Source of the DNA: Verrucomicrobiaceae bacterium
GTDB lineage: Bacteria > Verrucomicrobiota > Verrucomicrobiia > Verrucomicrobiales > Akkermansiaceae
NCBI GenBank assembly: GCA_051252135.1
Contig: JBPOGH010000001.1
Coordinates: forward strand, 480,001-544,000
Direction of reading: 5' to 3'
Length of the DNA: 64,000 nucleotides
The notes beneath the pieces are model-generated. The model saw nothing but the letters and a program-made list of their open reading frames with translations. It had not been told where the DNA came from and made no database searches. Positions 40,581 to 51,231 of the stretch are shown here, piece by piece. The position numbers and the translations under genes are program-made. How positions within the stretch are numbered: the stretch's first letter is position 1; each line of letters starts with the position of its first letter.

Positions 40581-41477
40581 TCACGATCCCAGCCTCGCTG
40601 CGTGAGCTTGCGCCGTTTCCAGAAACCGGCTCACCAAAGCCTTGGCCTGCCCCTGATAAAGCGCGCCAATCACCAGAGGCGGAAAGTCTGCTAGCGGTAT
40701 CGCCTTCATTCCGGCCGGCAGCTTCACCCCCGGAATCGAAAGCCCCAAACCAACCCCAAACCCCCTCACCACATAATCCCGAATCACCTCCATCGAATTC
40801 ACCTCCACACTCGTGGACCACGAAATCTTACGGCGATCAAATTCATTTTGAAAGAGCTGCTGCAGCACCTCGTGCGCCGGCAGTCCGATCAAAGGATCAC
40901 ACCCCACCAACCTCTTCGGATTATACGGATCCTCCTTCAACAGGTCATTGAGAGTCTTGGCCTTCGATTTCTTCGGAACCAATAGCACCACTGGAATCTC
41001 AACAAGAGGGAGCGCCCTCAACCCATCCGCCAATTTTCCCGCCAGCACACTCACCGCCACATCGACCTGCTGGGTTGTCAGCAAATGATACACGTTGGAA
41101 GGATCCACTTCCTTGAGCGACAGCCGCAAATTGGGTTCCTCTTTTTTCAAAGACTCCAACACATCGGGCAAATGATTCCTTAAGGTCGACGCCGACGCCG
41201 CCAACCTCAGATGCCGGCTCTCCTCCCCTCTCAAGCGCTCTTCCACGTCATCGAGTCTCGAGAAAAAGGGATAACAAAAATCATAAAGCTCCTCCCCTGC
41301 GGGAGTGAGGGCAAAAGGCCTCCTGTTAAAAAGCTTCACCCCAAGCTTCTCCTCAAGCTGAAGCAACTGGCCACTCACTGCAGGCTGCTGAATCCCATAG
41401 GGCATCTTGCGCACCGCTGCCGTGATCCCCTCATACTTTGCCACAAAATAGAAAAGCTCCAGATGATGAATGTTCAT
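40581..41477 (-). CDS. LysR-family transcriptional regulator
   Basis: N-terminal HTH QQPAVSGQL..LEE.LGVKLF.R..LTPAG. Confidence 0.92.
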   Translation of the reverse strand: MNIHHLELFYFVAKYEGITAAVRKMPYGIQQPAVSGQLLQLEEKLGVKLFNRRPFALTPAGEELYDFCYPFFSRLDDVEERLRGEESRHLRLAASASTLRNHLPDVLESLKKEEPNLRLSLKEVDPSNVYHLLTTQQVDVAVSVLAGKLADGLRALPLVEIPVVLLVPKKSKAKTLNDLLKEDPYNPKRLVGCDPLIGLPAHEVLQQLFQNEFDRRKISWSTSVEVNSMEVIRDYVVRGFGVGLGLSIPGVKLPAGMKAIPLADFPPLVIGALYQGQAKALVSRFLETAQAHAARLGS

Positions 41478-41573
41478 GGCTTCAATCTTACCCCGTCAAA
41501 TCATCGACTCAATCAATAGTTTCACCCTCCCTTTCAATGCGACAGCTCTCAACGATTTCGCTATCGTTCAGAG

Positions 41574-44228
41574 GTGGACTCCCTCTCTGATCGCATCAAC
41601 CAGGCTGAACTCGACCTCCGCTCTTTGCACGAGGAAGCGCGCCGTCTGGGAATCTCACTCCGTGAAATCAAAACCCTCGCAGAGCAGCAGCCCGCAGAGG
41701 AATCAACACCTTCCCCCGCCGAACTCCTCACCCCCCCGCCCCTTCCCTCCCAACCCGAGACATGGATCGAGCCCGCGATCGAGCAGCCCGAGCTGGAAAA
41801 AGATTCTCCACCCGCTCGAAAGCCCGTTAAAAAACAGTCACTCCCCGCCTATTCCGGAAAGCTGGAACTCGAGTTGGGCCGCGTATGGTTTGTCCGTCTC
41901 GGCATCGTCCTCCTCACCACCGGCCTCGTCTTCCTGAGCAGCTACACCTATAAAAATTTCATCCACGATCTCAGTCCCGGCATCCGTCTGGGCCTTCTCT
42001 ACCTCGTCTCCATATCCCTAACCGGAATCGGACTCTTCTGTGAACAATGGAAGCCCAACCTCCGCCAATGGGGTCGAATCGTCGCAGCCGGTGGACTTGC
42101 CTCGATTTACTACACCAGTTTTGCCGCGCACAATGTCGCGCCCCTCAAGGTCATCGAATCTCCGGTGACAGGCTCGATTCTCCTCCTTGCAACGGCCGTC
42201 CTCTGCGGCGCCATCTCCGTATGGAAAGACTCCAAACTCCTTCTCGGCACCAGCATCGCCCTTGCCTTCTACAGCATCACCCTCAACCCCCTCGGTTGGA
42301 TGGTCGGTATCTTCATCCTTCTCCTTACGATCGGAGGAAGTCTCATCGCCCATCGCAAACAATGGCCTGAAATCCTCCACTTGGGCCTCGTCGGCAGCTA
42401 CCTCACCTACACCATCTCTGCCCTCACCTCCCTCGCCTTCTACGAGGAAACCCGCTGGTTCCTCGTCGCCTTCTGGGCTCTCTTTGTCGTGCTCACCTTT
42501 ACCGAAAAAATTGCCGGGCACCGCCTCTTCTCTTCCATCAACCACACCGCCTTCTTCACCCTCTTTTCGTTCAACCCCGCCACTTGGGAGAGAATGGACG
42601 GGCACTGGAGCTTCTGCCTGATCCTCGGAGCAGCTCTCATCGCCATAGGTCTCTCCGCCCGTGAACGCTTCCCCCGCGAATCCGTCCTCCTCCATCTCAT
42701 CAATGGCTTGGGCCTGATCACTCTGGGAATCATTCTCAAACTCTCCGGCCATCACCTCTTTATCACCCTCCTCGTCGAATCGATTTTCCTCATCGCGCTC
42801 GCACTCAAAATCAAAAAACCACTCCTCGCATTCGCTTCTTGTGCCATTGCAGGCATATCCATCATCGCAGGATTTCTCAACCAACACGAGGTTCCGGGAG
42901 AAGCCTGGGGACTGTGCGGTCTTCTATGGATGATCTTCGCCATCCTTCACCGCTTGAATTCTGGTGAAAAAGAGGCCCCTCACCTCATCGGACTCATCGG
43001 CTTTGCCGCTGCGACGCTCGCTCTTGTCTTCGGAGCCTTTAAAGAAGCTGACCCTGGTATTCTCGCTCTGACCGTTTCACTGATCGGCCTCGGCACGACA
43101 GCCCTCCACTGGAAAAAAATCCAGCTCCGCCACCTCACCGATGCCTACTTGATAGCAGCCGCCGCAAGCCCTCTTGCCTTGCTTTATCTGATTGCCGCTT
43201 CGTCACATTCTACACTCCTAATCAGCGGGCTTTTGGTATCGGCAGCTCTCTCCTTCCTCCATCATCGACAGGTCTCCTCTTCCATGGGGCCCAATTTAAA
43301 AGAGCTCCATGAAGCCCTCCACCATGGCCTTTACGCCCTCTCCTTTGGATTCGCCGCTTCAGCCATCCATCACGGAATTCCAGCCGAAGCCCTTCGCATG
43401 CTCCTCTTTCTCACCCTGCCTCTCATCGGCACGCTGATCGCCCGGAAAACCAATACCCCCATCCACGCCACCATTTCCTATTTTACCTATCTGGGTCTGC
43501 TTGGACATTTCTCCTTCGAAAGCATTCCACTCCTTGGCGGACTCATAATTCTCATCATTCATCTGATCATCCTACGGCACTTCTATCTCCTCCCCAATCG
43601 CCCCGTCCTCGAATCCATTTCCTTCCTGGGTGCCGCTACCCTGTGGTTTTCTTGGCTGGCCTGGAATCTGAGCCAAGGATCCGAACCCTTCGTCATCCTA
43701 AGCTGGAGTGGAGCGGGAATTCTCCTGCTCGACCGTCTTTACCCACGAACATTGGTAACTCTCGCCGCCATCCCGTTCATAGCACTCGGCATTGTTGGTG
43801 CATGGCTGGTTTCAGGCTTCGGCAATCAAACCTTCGGACAAGTCTACTGGGGACTCCTGCCCCTCATCATCATGCATTTGGGGGCCGTTAATTTTCGCCT
43901 TCCTCATCGCCACACCATCTTGGGAACCATCGCCCTCCTCTTCCTATGGGTCACCATAAGTTCTGATGTCTCGGCGGACCGCCTCGCCGTGTCATGGGCC
44001 CTTCTTGGCACCTTCACCTTGATCGCCGGACTCATTTTCAAAAGCCGGCCCTTCCGGGTCGTGGCCCTCATCATTATCGCCAGCAGCCTTGCCCACATCA
44101 TGCTCGTCGACATCATCAAGCTCGACCCCCTTCCTCGAATCCTTAGCTTCATCACTCTTGGCATCGGTCTCCTCGGGCTGGGATTCATCTACAATCGCTG
44201 GCAGGACAAACTGAAACAAATCTTGTGA
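41574..44228 (+). CDS. Large polytopic membrane protein (DUF2339-like)
   Basis: LELELG.VWFVRLG, many TM helices, C-terminal RILSFI.LG..LL.LGFIY. Confidence 0.8.
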   Translation: MDSLSDRINQAELDLRSLHEEARRLGISLREIKTLAEQQPAEESTPSPAELLTPPPLPSQPETWIEPAIEQPELEKDSPPARKPVKKQSLPAYSGKLELELGRVWFVRLGIVLLTTGLVFLSSYTYKNFIHDLSPGIRLGLLYLVSISLTGIGLFCEQWKPNLRQWGRIVAAGGLASIYYTSFAAHNVAPLKVIESPVTGSILLLATAVLCGAISVWKDSKLLLGTSIALAFYSITLNPLGWMVGIFILLLTIGGSLIAHRKQWPEILHLGLVGSYLTYTISALTSLAFYEETRWFLVAFWALFVVLTFTEKIAGHRLFSSINHTAFFTLFSFNPATWERMDGHWSFCLILGAALIAIGLSARERFPRESVLLHLINGLGLITLGIILKLSGHHLFITLLVESIFLIALALKIKKPLLAFASCAIAGISIIAGFLNQHEVPGEAWGLCGLLWMIFAILHRLNSGEKEAPHLIGLIGFAAATLALVFGAFKEADPGILALTVSLIGLGTTALHWKKIQLRHLTDAYLIAAAASPLALLYLIAASSHSTLLISGLLVSAALSFLHHRQVSSSMGPNLKELHEALHHGLYALSFGFAASAIHHGIPAEALRMLLFLTLPLIGTLIARKTNTPIHATISYFTYLGLLGHFSFESIPLLGGLIILIIHLIILRHFYLLPNRPVLESISFLGAATLWFSWLAWNLSQGSEPFVILSWSGAGILLLDRLYPRTLVTLAAIPFIALGIVGAWLVSGFGNQTFGQVYWGLLPLIIMHLGAVNFRLPHRHTILGTIALLFLWVTISSDVSADRLAVSWALLGTFTLIAGLIFKSRPFRVVALIIIASSLAHIMLVDIIKLDPLPRILSFITLGIGLLGLGFIYNRWQDKLKQIL

Positions 44229-44257
44229 TCCCGTGAACGGCCTGACTGACTTCCGGC

Positions 44258-44710
44258 ATGCGTGTGGTGCTTCAACGGGTCAGTCAGGCTTCCGTCTCCG
44301 TCGACCAAAAAATGATCTCCCAAATTGAACGGGGCTTCCTCATCCTTCTCGGAATCGAAGAGATTGATGGACCCGATGACATCGCCTGGCTGGTCGGAAA
44401 AATCAGCAAGTTGCGGGTCTTCGAAGATGGCGATGGCAAAATGAATCTATCAATCACCGATCTCGGAGGCTCCGCACTTGTCGTGAGTCAGTTCACCCTC
44501 CACGCCAGCACCAAAAAAGGGAACCGACCTAGCTTCATCAAAGCCGCCCGCCCCGAACTCGCCGAACCACTCTACCAAAAATTTTGCACCAGCCTCGAAC
44601 AAGCGTTGGCTACTCCCGTCAGTCGGGGCCGCTTCGGACCACACATGGATGTCGCACTCGTCAACGACGGTCCCGTCACCATTCTCATCGACTCCCAAAA
44701 CCGGGAGTAA
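44258..44710 (+). CDS. dtd: D-aminoacyl-tRNA deacylase
   Basis: MRVVLQRV, SQFTL, KGNRPSF, NDGPVT. Confidence 0.96.
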   Translation: MRVVLQRVSQASVSVDQKMISQIERGFLILLGIEEIDGPDDIAWLVGKISKLRVFEDGDGKMNLSITDLGGSALVVSQFTLHASTKKGNRPSFIKAARPELAEPLYQKFCTSLEQALATPVSRGRFGPHMDVALVNDGPVTILIDSQNRE

Positions 44711-44713
44711 CGG

Positions 44714-45685
44714 TCACTCCTTAAGCCTTACCGACGTTCCGCAATAAATGCAGCGGAACCACTTGAACACAATCATGTGCACGCTGGTTGGCAAAATATA
44801 ACCGATCAAAGGAATATGATGCGCCTTGACGTGTCGCCGACACGCCTTCGGCCAAAAGGCCGGCTGTCCGCAAATCCGGCACTTGACCGGAACCGCAAAC
44901 ATCAAATAGAGCAACCCAAAGAACACCAACGCTGCTGGAATGGCAAACCACCACAGGTTGTTTGTTGCCACGATCATTCCTCCCGCCACCAACGTGGCTG
45001 GAATCAGAATAAGCACCAGAATGGAAATCACCGCACCAAATTTCACCTTGGCGACCTGGGGGTGCAGCACACCACGGATATAACTCCGCGAGTGTTCCTT
45101 CTTTCCGGCATTCAGCCCGGGGCTCACGGAGGTCCGGATATCGCGGGGCTTGGACGGCAGAGGCTCGACTTGCGCCTTCGGAATCTCCACTTCGAGTGGT
45201 TTGGATTTCGAAGGTTTCTTGGGCTCCGGGATCAGCCCCTCCGGTGGGGTGTTCTCCTCGAACTCCTTCTCTCTCTTGGGCTTAGGAGCTGGAGACGCCT
45301 TAACCTTTGCTTCCGGTAACCCGGTTTCCATAATGGGCACATCACCCACCTTGATTCCCTGTCCGGCCAAACTTTTCCCAGGGACCGGAATGGCTACCAT
45401 CAACTCATCCGGAAGCGCTTCCGAAACATCCAGCTTGGTGACATGATCCTCGGGATCGTATCCGGTGATCTCGCGTGCCGTTTCGATCCACTTGAGAATT
45501 TCGGATGTCGAAGGGTTGCTCTTCCTGATCGAGAGAATCTGATTGGCCTTGGCCAACTCCAGATAAAGGCCATCCGCATCACTCTCGGCCAGTTGATGGA
45601 TCGATTCCACCCCCACTGCTTCCAGCAGCTCACAGCTAAGCTTCCCCAGACCGGGGACTTCATCGAGTGTTGGGGAGATTGGCAT
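44714..45685 (-). CDS. DUF4332/HhH-like membrane protein with C-terminal Cys cluster
   Basis: VPGLG....ELLEAVGV.S..QLA N-terminus, Pro/Lys linker, two TM helices, CRIC..C..H..CIYC. Confidence 0.65.
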   Translation of the reverse strand: MPISPTLDEVPGLGKLSCELLEAVGVESIHQLAESDADGLYLELAKANQILSIRKSNPSTSEILKWIETAREITGYDPEDHVTKLDVSEALPDELMVAIPVPGKSLAGQGIKVGDVPIMETGLPEAKVKASPAPKPKREKEFEENTPPEGLIPEPKKPSKSKPLEVEIPKAQVEPLPSKPRDIRTSVSPGLNAGKKEHSRSYIRGVLHPQVAKVKFGAVISILVLILIPATLVAGGMIVATNNLWWFAIPAALVFFGLLYLMFAVPVKCRICGQPAFWPKACRRHVKAHHIPLIGYILPTSVHMIVFKWFRCIYCGTSVRLKE

Positions 45686-45736
45686 CCGGATGGGAATTGA
45701 AGATATTTTGAGGTCTCTTGAACAGACAAAACCACC

Positions 45737-48430
45737 CTAACCGAGGTCGGCATACATCTTTTTAAGCTGTGCAAGCTGGGTTTCCCACTCGGAGAGACGC
45801 GCCCGCTCCTGATCCACCACCTCGGGCTTCGCATTGGCCACAAATTTCTCATTACCCAGCTTATTCCGGGACTTTGCGACCTCCTTCTCTATCTTCTCCA
45901 CTTCCTTTTCAAGGCGGGCCTTCTCGGCCGCGACATCGATCAGCCCATCAAGTGGCATAAACAGCTCCCCTGCCGGAGTCACCGCACCCGGAGTGCCCTG
46001 TTCAGGATCGTATCCTTCATCACGGGTGACGGACTCCGAGCCGACCAGCAATGACAACGTCGCAGCTTCGTCCTCCAGCCAAGCCGGCCCGCTCTTGGCG
46101 ATAAATCTCACATCCTTGCGGGCTGCCAATCGATATTCCGCTTTCAAGTTCCTCAAACGTCCGGCCGTCTCATACACTGCCGTGGCCTTTTCCCGGCCTT
46201 CAACCACCTGATTCCCGTCAATCCCGTCCAACAAGGTCTTTGCCGGTAGAACCTTCAGCATCAGAAACTCCCCTTCCGCAAGGTAGCCCATCCGTGAACT
46301 CAGCTCCTCGGTCAGGTGCGGCATATAGGGGTGAAGACACTGAAGATAGCGCGCCATCACCGAATCAAACACCGCCAGCGTGGCCTCTCGGGCCTCCGGC
46401 GGAGCATCTTCACGCAAGTCCAGCTTCACCGCTTCCAGAAATCTGTCGCAAAACTCCGCCCACAGAAAGTCATAGAGCAACGAACCCACTTCGTTGAAAC
46501 GATAGTCGGCATAGGCTCCCTCCAGCTTCACCGCCAACTCATCGCATCGGGCCAAAATGTCCAAATGATACGGACGCAAGGCCACCGACTTCAAATCGAC
46601 ATCCAGCAGCGGCTCGCTACCTGCCATCCGGCGGAACCGGCAGGCGTTGTAAATCTTGTTCGCGAAGTTGCGTCCTTCTTCGATCTGGACCTCGTCAAAC
46701 CGAACATCCGAACCTACCGGGGCGATCCGCATCAAACCAAACCGAAGTCCGTCCGCCCCATACTTCTCCATCAAATCGATCGGATCCGGAGAATTCCCCA
46801 GCGACTTGCTCATCTTGCGACCTTGCAAATCCCGTATGATCGCCGTGAAAAAGACGTTCTTGAATGGCAACTCACCCTTGAAGCGATAGCCCGCCATGAT
46901 CATCCGCGCCACCCAGAAGAAAATGATATCGGGACCGGTGACGAGATCCGCGGTCGGATAAAACTTCTTCACCAAATCCGACTCCTCGTCGGAATTCTGC
47001 ATCGTCGCAAAGGGCCATAGCCAGGAGCTAAACCACGTATCCAAAACATCATTGTCCTGCACCCAATTCTCAGGATCGGCCGGGGGATCGGCACTCACAT
47101 GCAAGTCCCCTGCCGCCAGATTGTCCAGCGTGAGAGACTCCGCTTCCTGCAAGGAATCAACTTTCTCCTTTCGATACCAAACCGGAATGCGATGCCCCCA
47201 CCAAAGCTGGCGCGAGACACACCAATCCTGGATATTGCCCATCCAATTGGCATGCGTTCTGGCCCAATGGGCCGGACGATAGGTGATTTCGCCGCTCGCC
47301 ACCGCATCCGCGGTCTCTTGCGTCGCCGGATACCTGAGGAACCACTGCATCGAAATGCGGGGCTCAATTGGCACATCCGCGCGCTCCGAAAAGCCCACGT
47401 TGTTCTCATGCTCCTCGATCTTGATCATCAGTCCCCGCTCCTCTAGCATCGCTGCCGCCTTCTTACGGGCCACAAAACGATCCAAACCATCCAGCTCGGG
47501 CACCTCCGGACAGTTCACCGTCGCATCCGCATGGAAAACGTCGATGATTTCCAGGTTGTTCCGCATCCCGATCTCAAAGTCCGCCTTGTCATGGGCCGGC
47601 GTGATTTTCAGCGCACCGGTTCCAAATTCGGGGTCCACGTGGTCATCCGCCACCACCGGGATTTCCGCTGCCGGGAAAGGTCGCCGCACCAGCTTCCCAA
47701 CATATTTTCCATAACGCTCATCCTTCGGATTCACCGCCACGGCCACATCACCCATCAAGGTCTCGGGACGCGTTGTGGCCACTTCCAAAAACTGACCCGG
47801 CTCATCAACCAACTCATACTTCATGTAGTAGAGCTTCGAGTTCTGCGCCTTCGGAATCACTTCCTCGTCGGAAAGCGCCGTAAGCGACACCGGACACCAG
47901 TTCACCATCCGCTTGCCCCGATACACCAGACCCTCATTGAACAGATCGGCAAACACCTTGGACACCCACTTCGAATAATCTTCATCCATCGTGAAGCGCT
48001 CACGACTCCAATCGCAGGAGCATCCCAGACGCTTCAGCTGTTTAATAATGATCCCGCCATGCTTCTCCTTCCAATCCCACACCTTTTCCAGAAATGCCTC
48101 GCGTCCAATATCACGACGCGTCTTCCCTTCCTCATCGCGCAGCTGCCGCTCCACCTTCGTCTGGGTCGCAATCCCCGCATGATCCGTTCCCGGAAGCCAA
48201 AGGACCTCGCACCCCTTCTGACGCGCACGCCGGGCCAGAATATCCTGAATCGTGTTATTGAGAACGTGCCCAAGGTGCAAAATCCCCGTGACATTCGGCG
48301 GCGGAATCACGATCGAATACGGAGGCTTCTCCGAGTTCGCATCCGCTTCGAAACACTTCGCGTCAAGCCAAGCCTGATACCAGGACTTCTCAACTTCATT
48401 GGGCTCATAGGCCTTGGGCAATTCAGACAT
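45737..48430 (-). CDS. valS: Valine--tRNA ligase
   Basis: PPPNVTG.LHLGH, DHAGIATQ, SRQLWWGH, KMSKS, C-terminal coiled coil. Confidence 0.97.
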   Translation of the reverse strand: MSELPKAYEPNEVEKSWYQAWLDAKCFEADANSEKPPYSIVIPPPNVTGILHLGHVLNNTIQDILARRARQKGCEVLWLPGTDHAGIATQTKVERQLRDEEGKTRRDIGREAFLEKVWDWKEKHGGIIIKQLKRLGCSCDWSRERFTMDEDYSKWVSKVFADLFNEGLVYRGKRMVNWCPVSLTALSDEEVIPKAQNSKLYYMKYELVDEPGQFLEVATTRPETLMGDVAVAVNPKDERYGKYVGKLVRRPFPAAEIPVVADDHVDPEFGTGALKITPAHDKADFEIGMRNNLEIIDVFHADATVNCPEVPELDGLDRFVARKKAAAMLEERGLMIKIEEHENNVGFSERADVPIEPRISMQWFLRYPATQETADAVASGEITYRPAHWARTHANWMGNIQDWCVSRQLWWGHRIPVWYRKEKVDSLQEAESLTLDNLAAGDLHVSADPPADPENWVQDNDVLDTWFSSWLWPFATMQNSDEESDLVKKFYPTADLVTGPDIIFFWVARMIMAGYRFKGELPFKNVFFTAIIRDLQGRKMSKSLGNSPDPIDLMEKYGADGLRFGLMRIAPVGSDVRFDEVQIEEGRNFANKIYNACRFRRMAGSEPLLDVDLKSVALRPYHLDILARCDELAVKLEGAYADYRFNEVGSLLYDFLWAEFCDRFLEAVKLDLREDAPPEAREATLAVFDSVMARYLQCLHPYMPHLTEELSSRMGYLAEGEFLMLKVLPAKTLLDGIDGNQVVEGREKATAVYETAGRLRNLKAEYRLAARKDVRFIAKSGPAWLEDEAATLSLLVGSESVTRDEGYDPEQGTPGAVTPAGELFMPLDGLIDVAAEKARLEKEVEKIEKEVAKSRNKLGNEKFVANAKPEVVDQERARLSEWETQLAQLKKMYADLG

Positions 48431-48538
48431 CGCGGGGTGGAAATGGCAGAGCCTCCCCCCTTTTTCAAGCCTGTCCTCGAATACCTTCCGGAATCCTAAC
48501 TTGAAGAATAATGCCCGCCACTCTACAACCTAAATCCA

Positions 48539-51187
48539 ATGCGGAGCAAAGGCATCTTTTTCAGCCTTCTGGCCATGGCTCTCAATGCCTCTGGTCAGGC
48601 CCCCTCCTTGGAACAAGCTCTTGATGATTCCACCCTCTCCTGGACCAACACCGGCACCATCCGCTTTTTCGGAGCACCTGATCCCACCGCAATTGGTGGA
48701 AGCCGCGCCCTTGCAACCCTTCCACCCTATCAATCGGCTGAACTCAGCACGACCATTCCCGGCTCAGGAATCATCGATTTCTCAATCGCCGGCGGTCTCC
48801 TCTCCCGATGGACGGCAAAAATCGACGACACCCCACTCAATCTCTCCGTGCGAACCTGGCCCTACGGTTTCCGCGTAAAAGGAGAGGGTCCTCATACCTT
48901 AACCATCACGTACAACGGCAGATCGGGCGAAGAATCAGTCAGTGTCGACAACGTCATTTTCCGTCCGGATCGATCTGTCTCCCTCACCGAAGCCCTCGAC
49001 CGCGATCGCCAGTCCTGGCTCTCCCCTGACAACACGAAATGGGTCGGCAGCCCCTACTTCTCCCTCGATGGAAATGATGCCGCCTGGTGCGGGGGCCTCG
49101 CCGATGGCGAAACGTCGACCTTAAAAACCTTCGTCCAAGGCCCCGCTGAATTCAGCTTCTGGTGGCAAATCACTACCGGCAGCTACACCCTCGGAGATCT
49201 CCTGATCGATGGCCGGGTCATCGAAGAAATCGCCTCACCTCGACAGGGTTCCTGGGAAAAAATCACGGCCACTGTTGGCCCGGGAAGACACCAAATCGAG
49301 ATCAGAGCCACCGGCCGCGATCCCTGGCGCGAGAGTCCCGCTAGAGGCCTCTGGGTCGACCAATTTTCAGTAGCCCCCCTCTTTGGTGGAACCCTCTCCA
49401 GCCTCGCCTCCCCGCCTGTGGGCACCCTGGCATCAGGCCACTTCTTTCCACCCCCTCCCGGAAGCGAAAATTCAACATCGCTGGGTGTCTCCTCCCCAAA
49501 TCACCGGGAAGCGCGCCTCTATTGGCCTTTGGAAGAAAGCCCGAAATTAAGACTCATTACCTTCTCCCACCGTAACACCGCCCCCTCCAACGTTTATGCT
49601 CTTGGCTCATCAGCCACATTTACCAGTGGCGAGGAATGGACTCAGACGGCCCTCAGAATCCCGCCCGGACAAGGTAAACTTCGGTTTCATGTCTACACCT
49701 CGGAGGAACCATGGATCGCCGAACTCGATAATCTCGTCATCCGGGAAATCACCCCCCTCCCGCTCTCCGATGCCCTCGGGCCCATTGCGGAGCAGCTCAC
49801 CGTGGACGGATGGCACGCTTGGCCAACCGATACCCCGGACGACCCTGTCGCCGGCTCCTCAATTTGGAATTCCACAATCCAAGGAACGATGAACGGCCCG
49901 TCCCTCTTGAAATTCGACCTTGCCGGTTCCGCCCCAGTCCTCGTCTCTCTCAACGGCAACACCATCCGGTTCATTTCCCAAACCGGAGAATCTTCCGTCT
50001 ACATCCCTCCCGGAGAACACTCAGTCCAACTGCAAAAACGCTCGGATGAATGGACCACCATCCGCAACCTCCGCCTGGAGCCCCTCCCGGAAATCCCCCT
50101 CGGCGAAGCAAGCGGATCACCGGAGCTCATCTTCACCGCAACGGGCACCCGGTATAATTCTGCGAAAAAGGAAACCATCTCCATCCCCGGCAACCCGTTT
50201 TGGGGAACTCCGGACGATGGCATCTATGTCAGTGCTGGTCAGGCCGAAAAACTCGAGCTGACCACCCAAATCACCGGCCCTTGCCTCTTCAGCTTCGAGC
50301 GACAATCCACCCTGAGCTCAGACGCCCCACTCCTTCCTCGAGCAACAAGAGGCACCCTCGACCTAAGCTCGGGCTCCACCTTCACCTCCACCGGTGTGAT
50401 CATCGTCACTCCGATCATTCCCGCATTCGACCCCGGAACCTCCCTGCTCGTCAACGGGCGTGAAACCTACATCACAGGCCGCAACGATGGATGGATCATC
50501 TCCATAGGCCCACTTCCAACTCGCCCCGTCGAACCCATGTCATCTTCCAACCCCGAAATCGTTTTGAATAAAAACATATCGAGCAGCCAAAATGGCACGA
50601 TTAGACTCGGTTGGGATTATACCGCCCGGCTAGGCAGAACCTTGGAAACACCTCGCGAAGGCTGGGAGAAACACGAACTCTACCTTGGCCCCGGGGAGCA
50701 CACTCTCACCTGGAAAGTAGGAGCGCCCAACGAATACCTCCTTTCCCGCACTCTTCGCCTCGCCAACTTAAACATCTCACCCGTCCTACCCTCCTACGCC
50801 GAATGGGCTGGCCAACATTGGTTTGCCGACCCTGAAGTCGAGAACGCCATCGCAAAGCTCTCCCCCTGGCAGGACCCCATCGCCGACCCAGACGAGGACG
50901 GCTACCCCAATTCTCTCGAGTACGCCTACGGCACAAACCCTCGTCTCAAAGAAGACTGCCCCCCCGCTCCCATCTTTGAAACCTCAGGTCAGCCCTGCGT
51001 CATCTGGCCATCACCCCCCACCACCACTTCCAATTTGCGAGTCTACCACTCCACCGATCTCACCACCTGGACCACCGAAGGCATCAACAATAGCCTCGTC
51101 CCCCAAGGCCTCCGGTCCCAAACTGCAACTCCTTCAACCAAGGCCTTTTTCCGCCTTGAAGCCGACGTCACCGTCCCCTCTGAATAA
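48539..51187 (+). CDS. Exported repeat-module surface protein
   Basis: Signal peptide, about five beta-rich modules, DPDEDGYPNSLEYAYGTNP, C-terminal STDL..W...FFRL. Confidence 0.75.
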   Translation: MRSKGIFFSLLAMALNASGQAPSLEQALDDSTLSWTNTGTIRFFGAPDPTAIGGSRALATLPPYQSAELSTTIPGSGIIDFSIAGGLLSRWTAKIDDTPLNLSVRTWPYGFRVKGEGPHTLTITYNGRSGEESVSVDNVIFRPDRSVSLTEALDRDRQSWLSPDNTKWVGSPYFSLDGNDAAWCGGLADGETSTLKTFVQGPAEFSFWWQITTGSYTLGDLLIDGRVIEEIASPRQGSWEKITATVGPGRHQIEIRATGRDPWRESPARGLWVDQFSVAPLFGGTLSSLASPPVGTLASGHFFPPPPGSENSTSLGVSSPNHREARLYWPLEESPKLRLITFSHRNTAPSNVYALGSSATFTSGEEWTQTALRIPPGQGKLRFHVYTSEEPWIAELDNLVIREITPLPLSDALGPIAEQLTVDGWHAWPTDTPDDPVAGSSIWNSTIQGTMNGPSLLKFDLAGSAPVLVSLNGNTIRFISQTGESSVYIPPGEHSVQLQKRSDEWTTIRNLRLEPLPEIPLGEASGSPELIFTATGTRYNSAKKETISIPGNPFWGTPDDGIYVSAGQAEKLELTTQITGPCLFSFERQSTLSSDAPLLPRATRGTLDLSSGSTFTSTGVIIVTPIIPAFDPGTSLLVNGRETYITGRNDGWIISIGPLPTRPVEPMSSSNPEIVLNKNISSSQNGTIRLGWDYTARLGRTLETPREGWEKHELYLGPGEHTLTWKVGAPNEYLLSRTLRLANLNISPVLPSYAEWAGQHWFADPEVENAIAKLSPWQDPIADPDEDGYPNSLEYAYGTNPRLKEDCPPAPIFETSGQPCVIWPSPPTTTSNLRVYHSTDLTTWTTEGINNSLVPQGLRSQTATPSTKAFFRLEADVTVPSE

Positions 51188-51231
51188 CGATCCCGCCTTG
51201 TGATCGTCCACACTTCGCGTAGATTCCCCCC

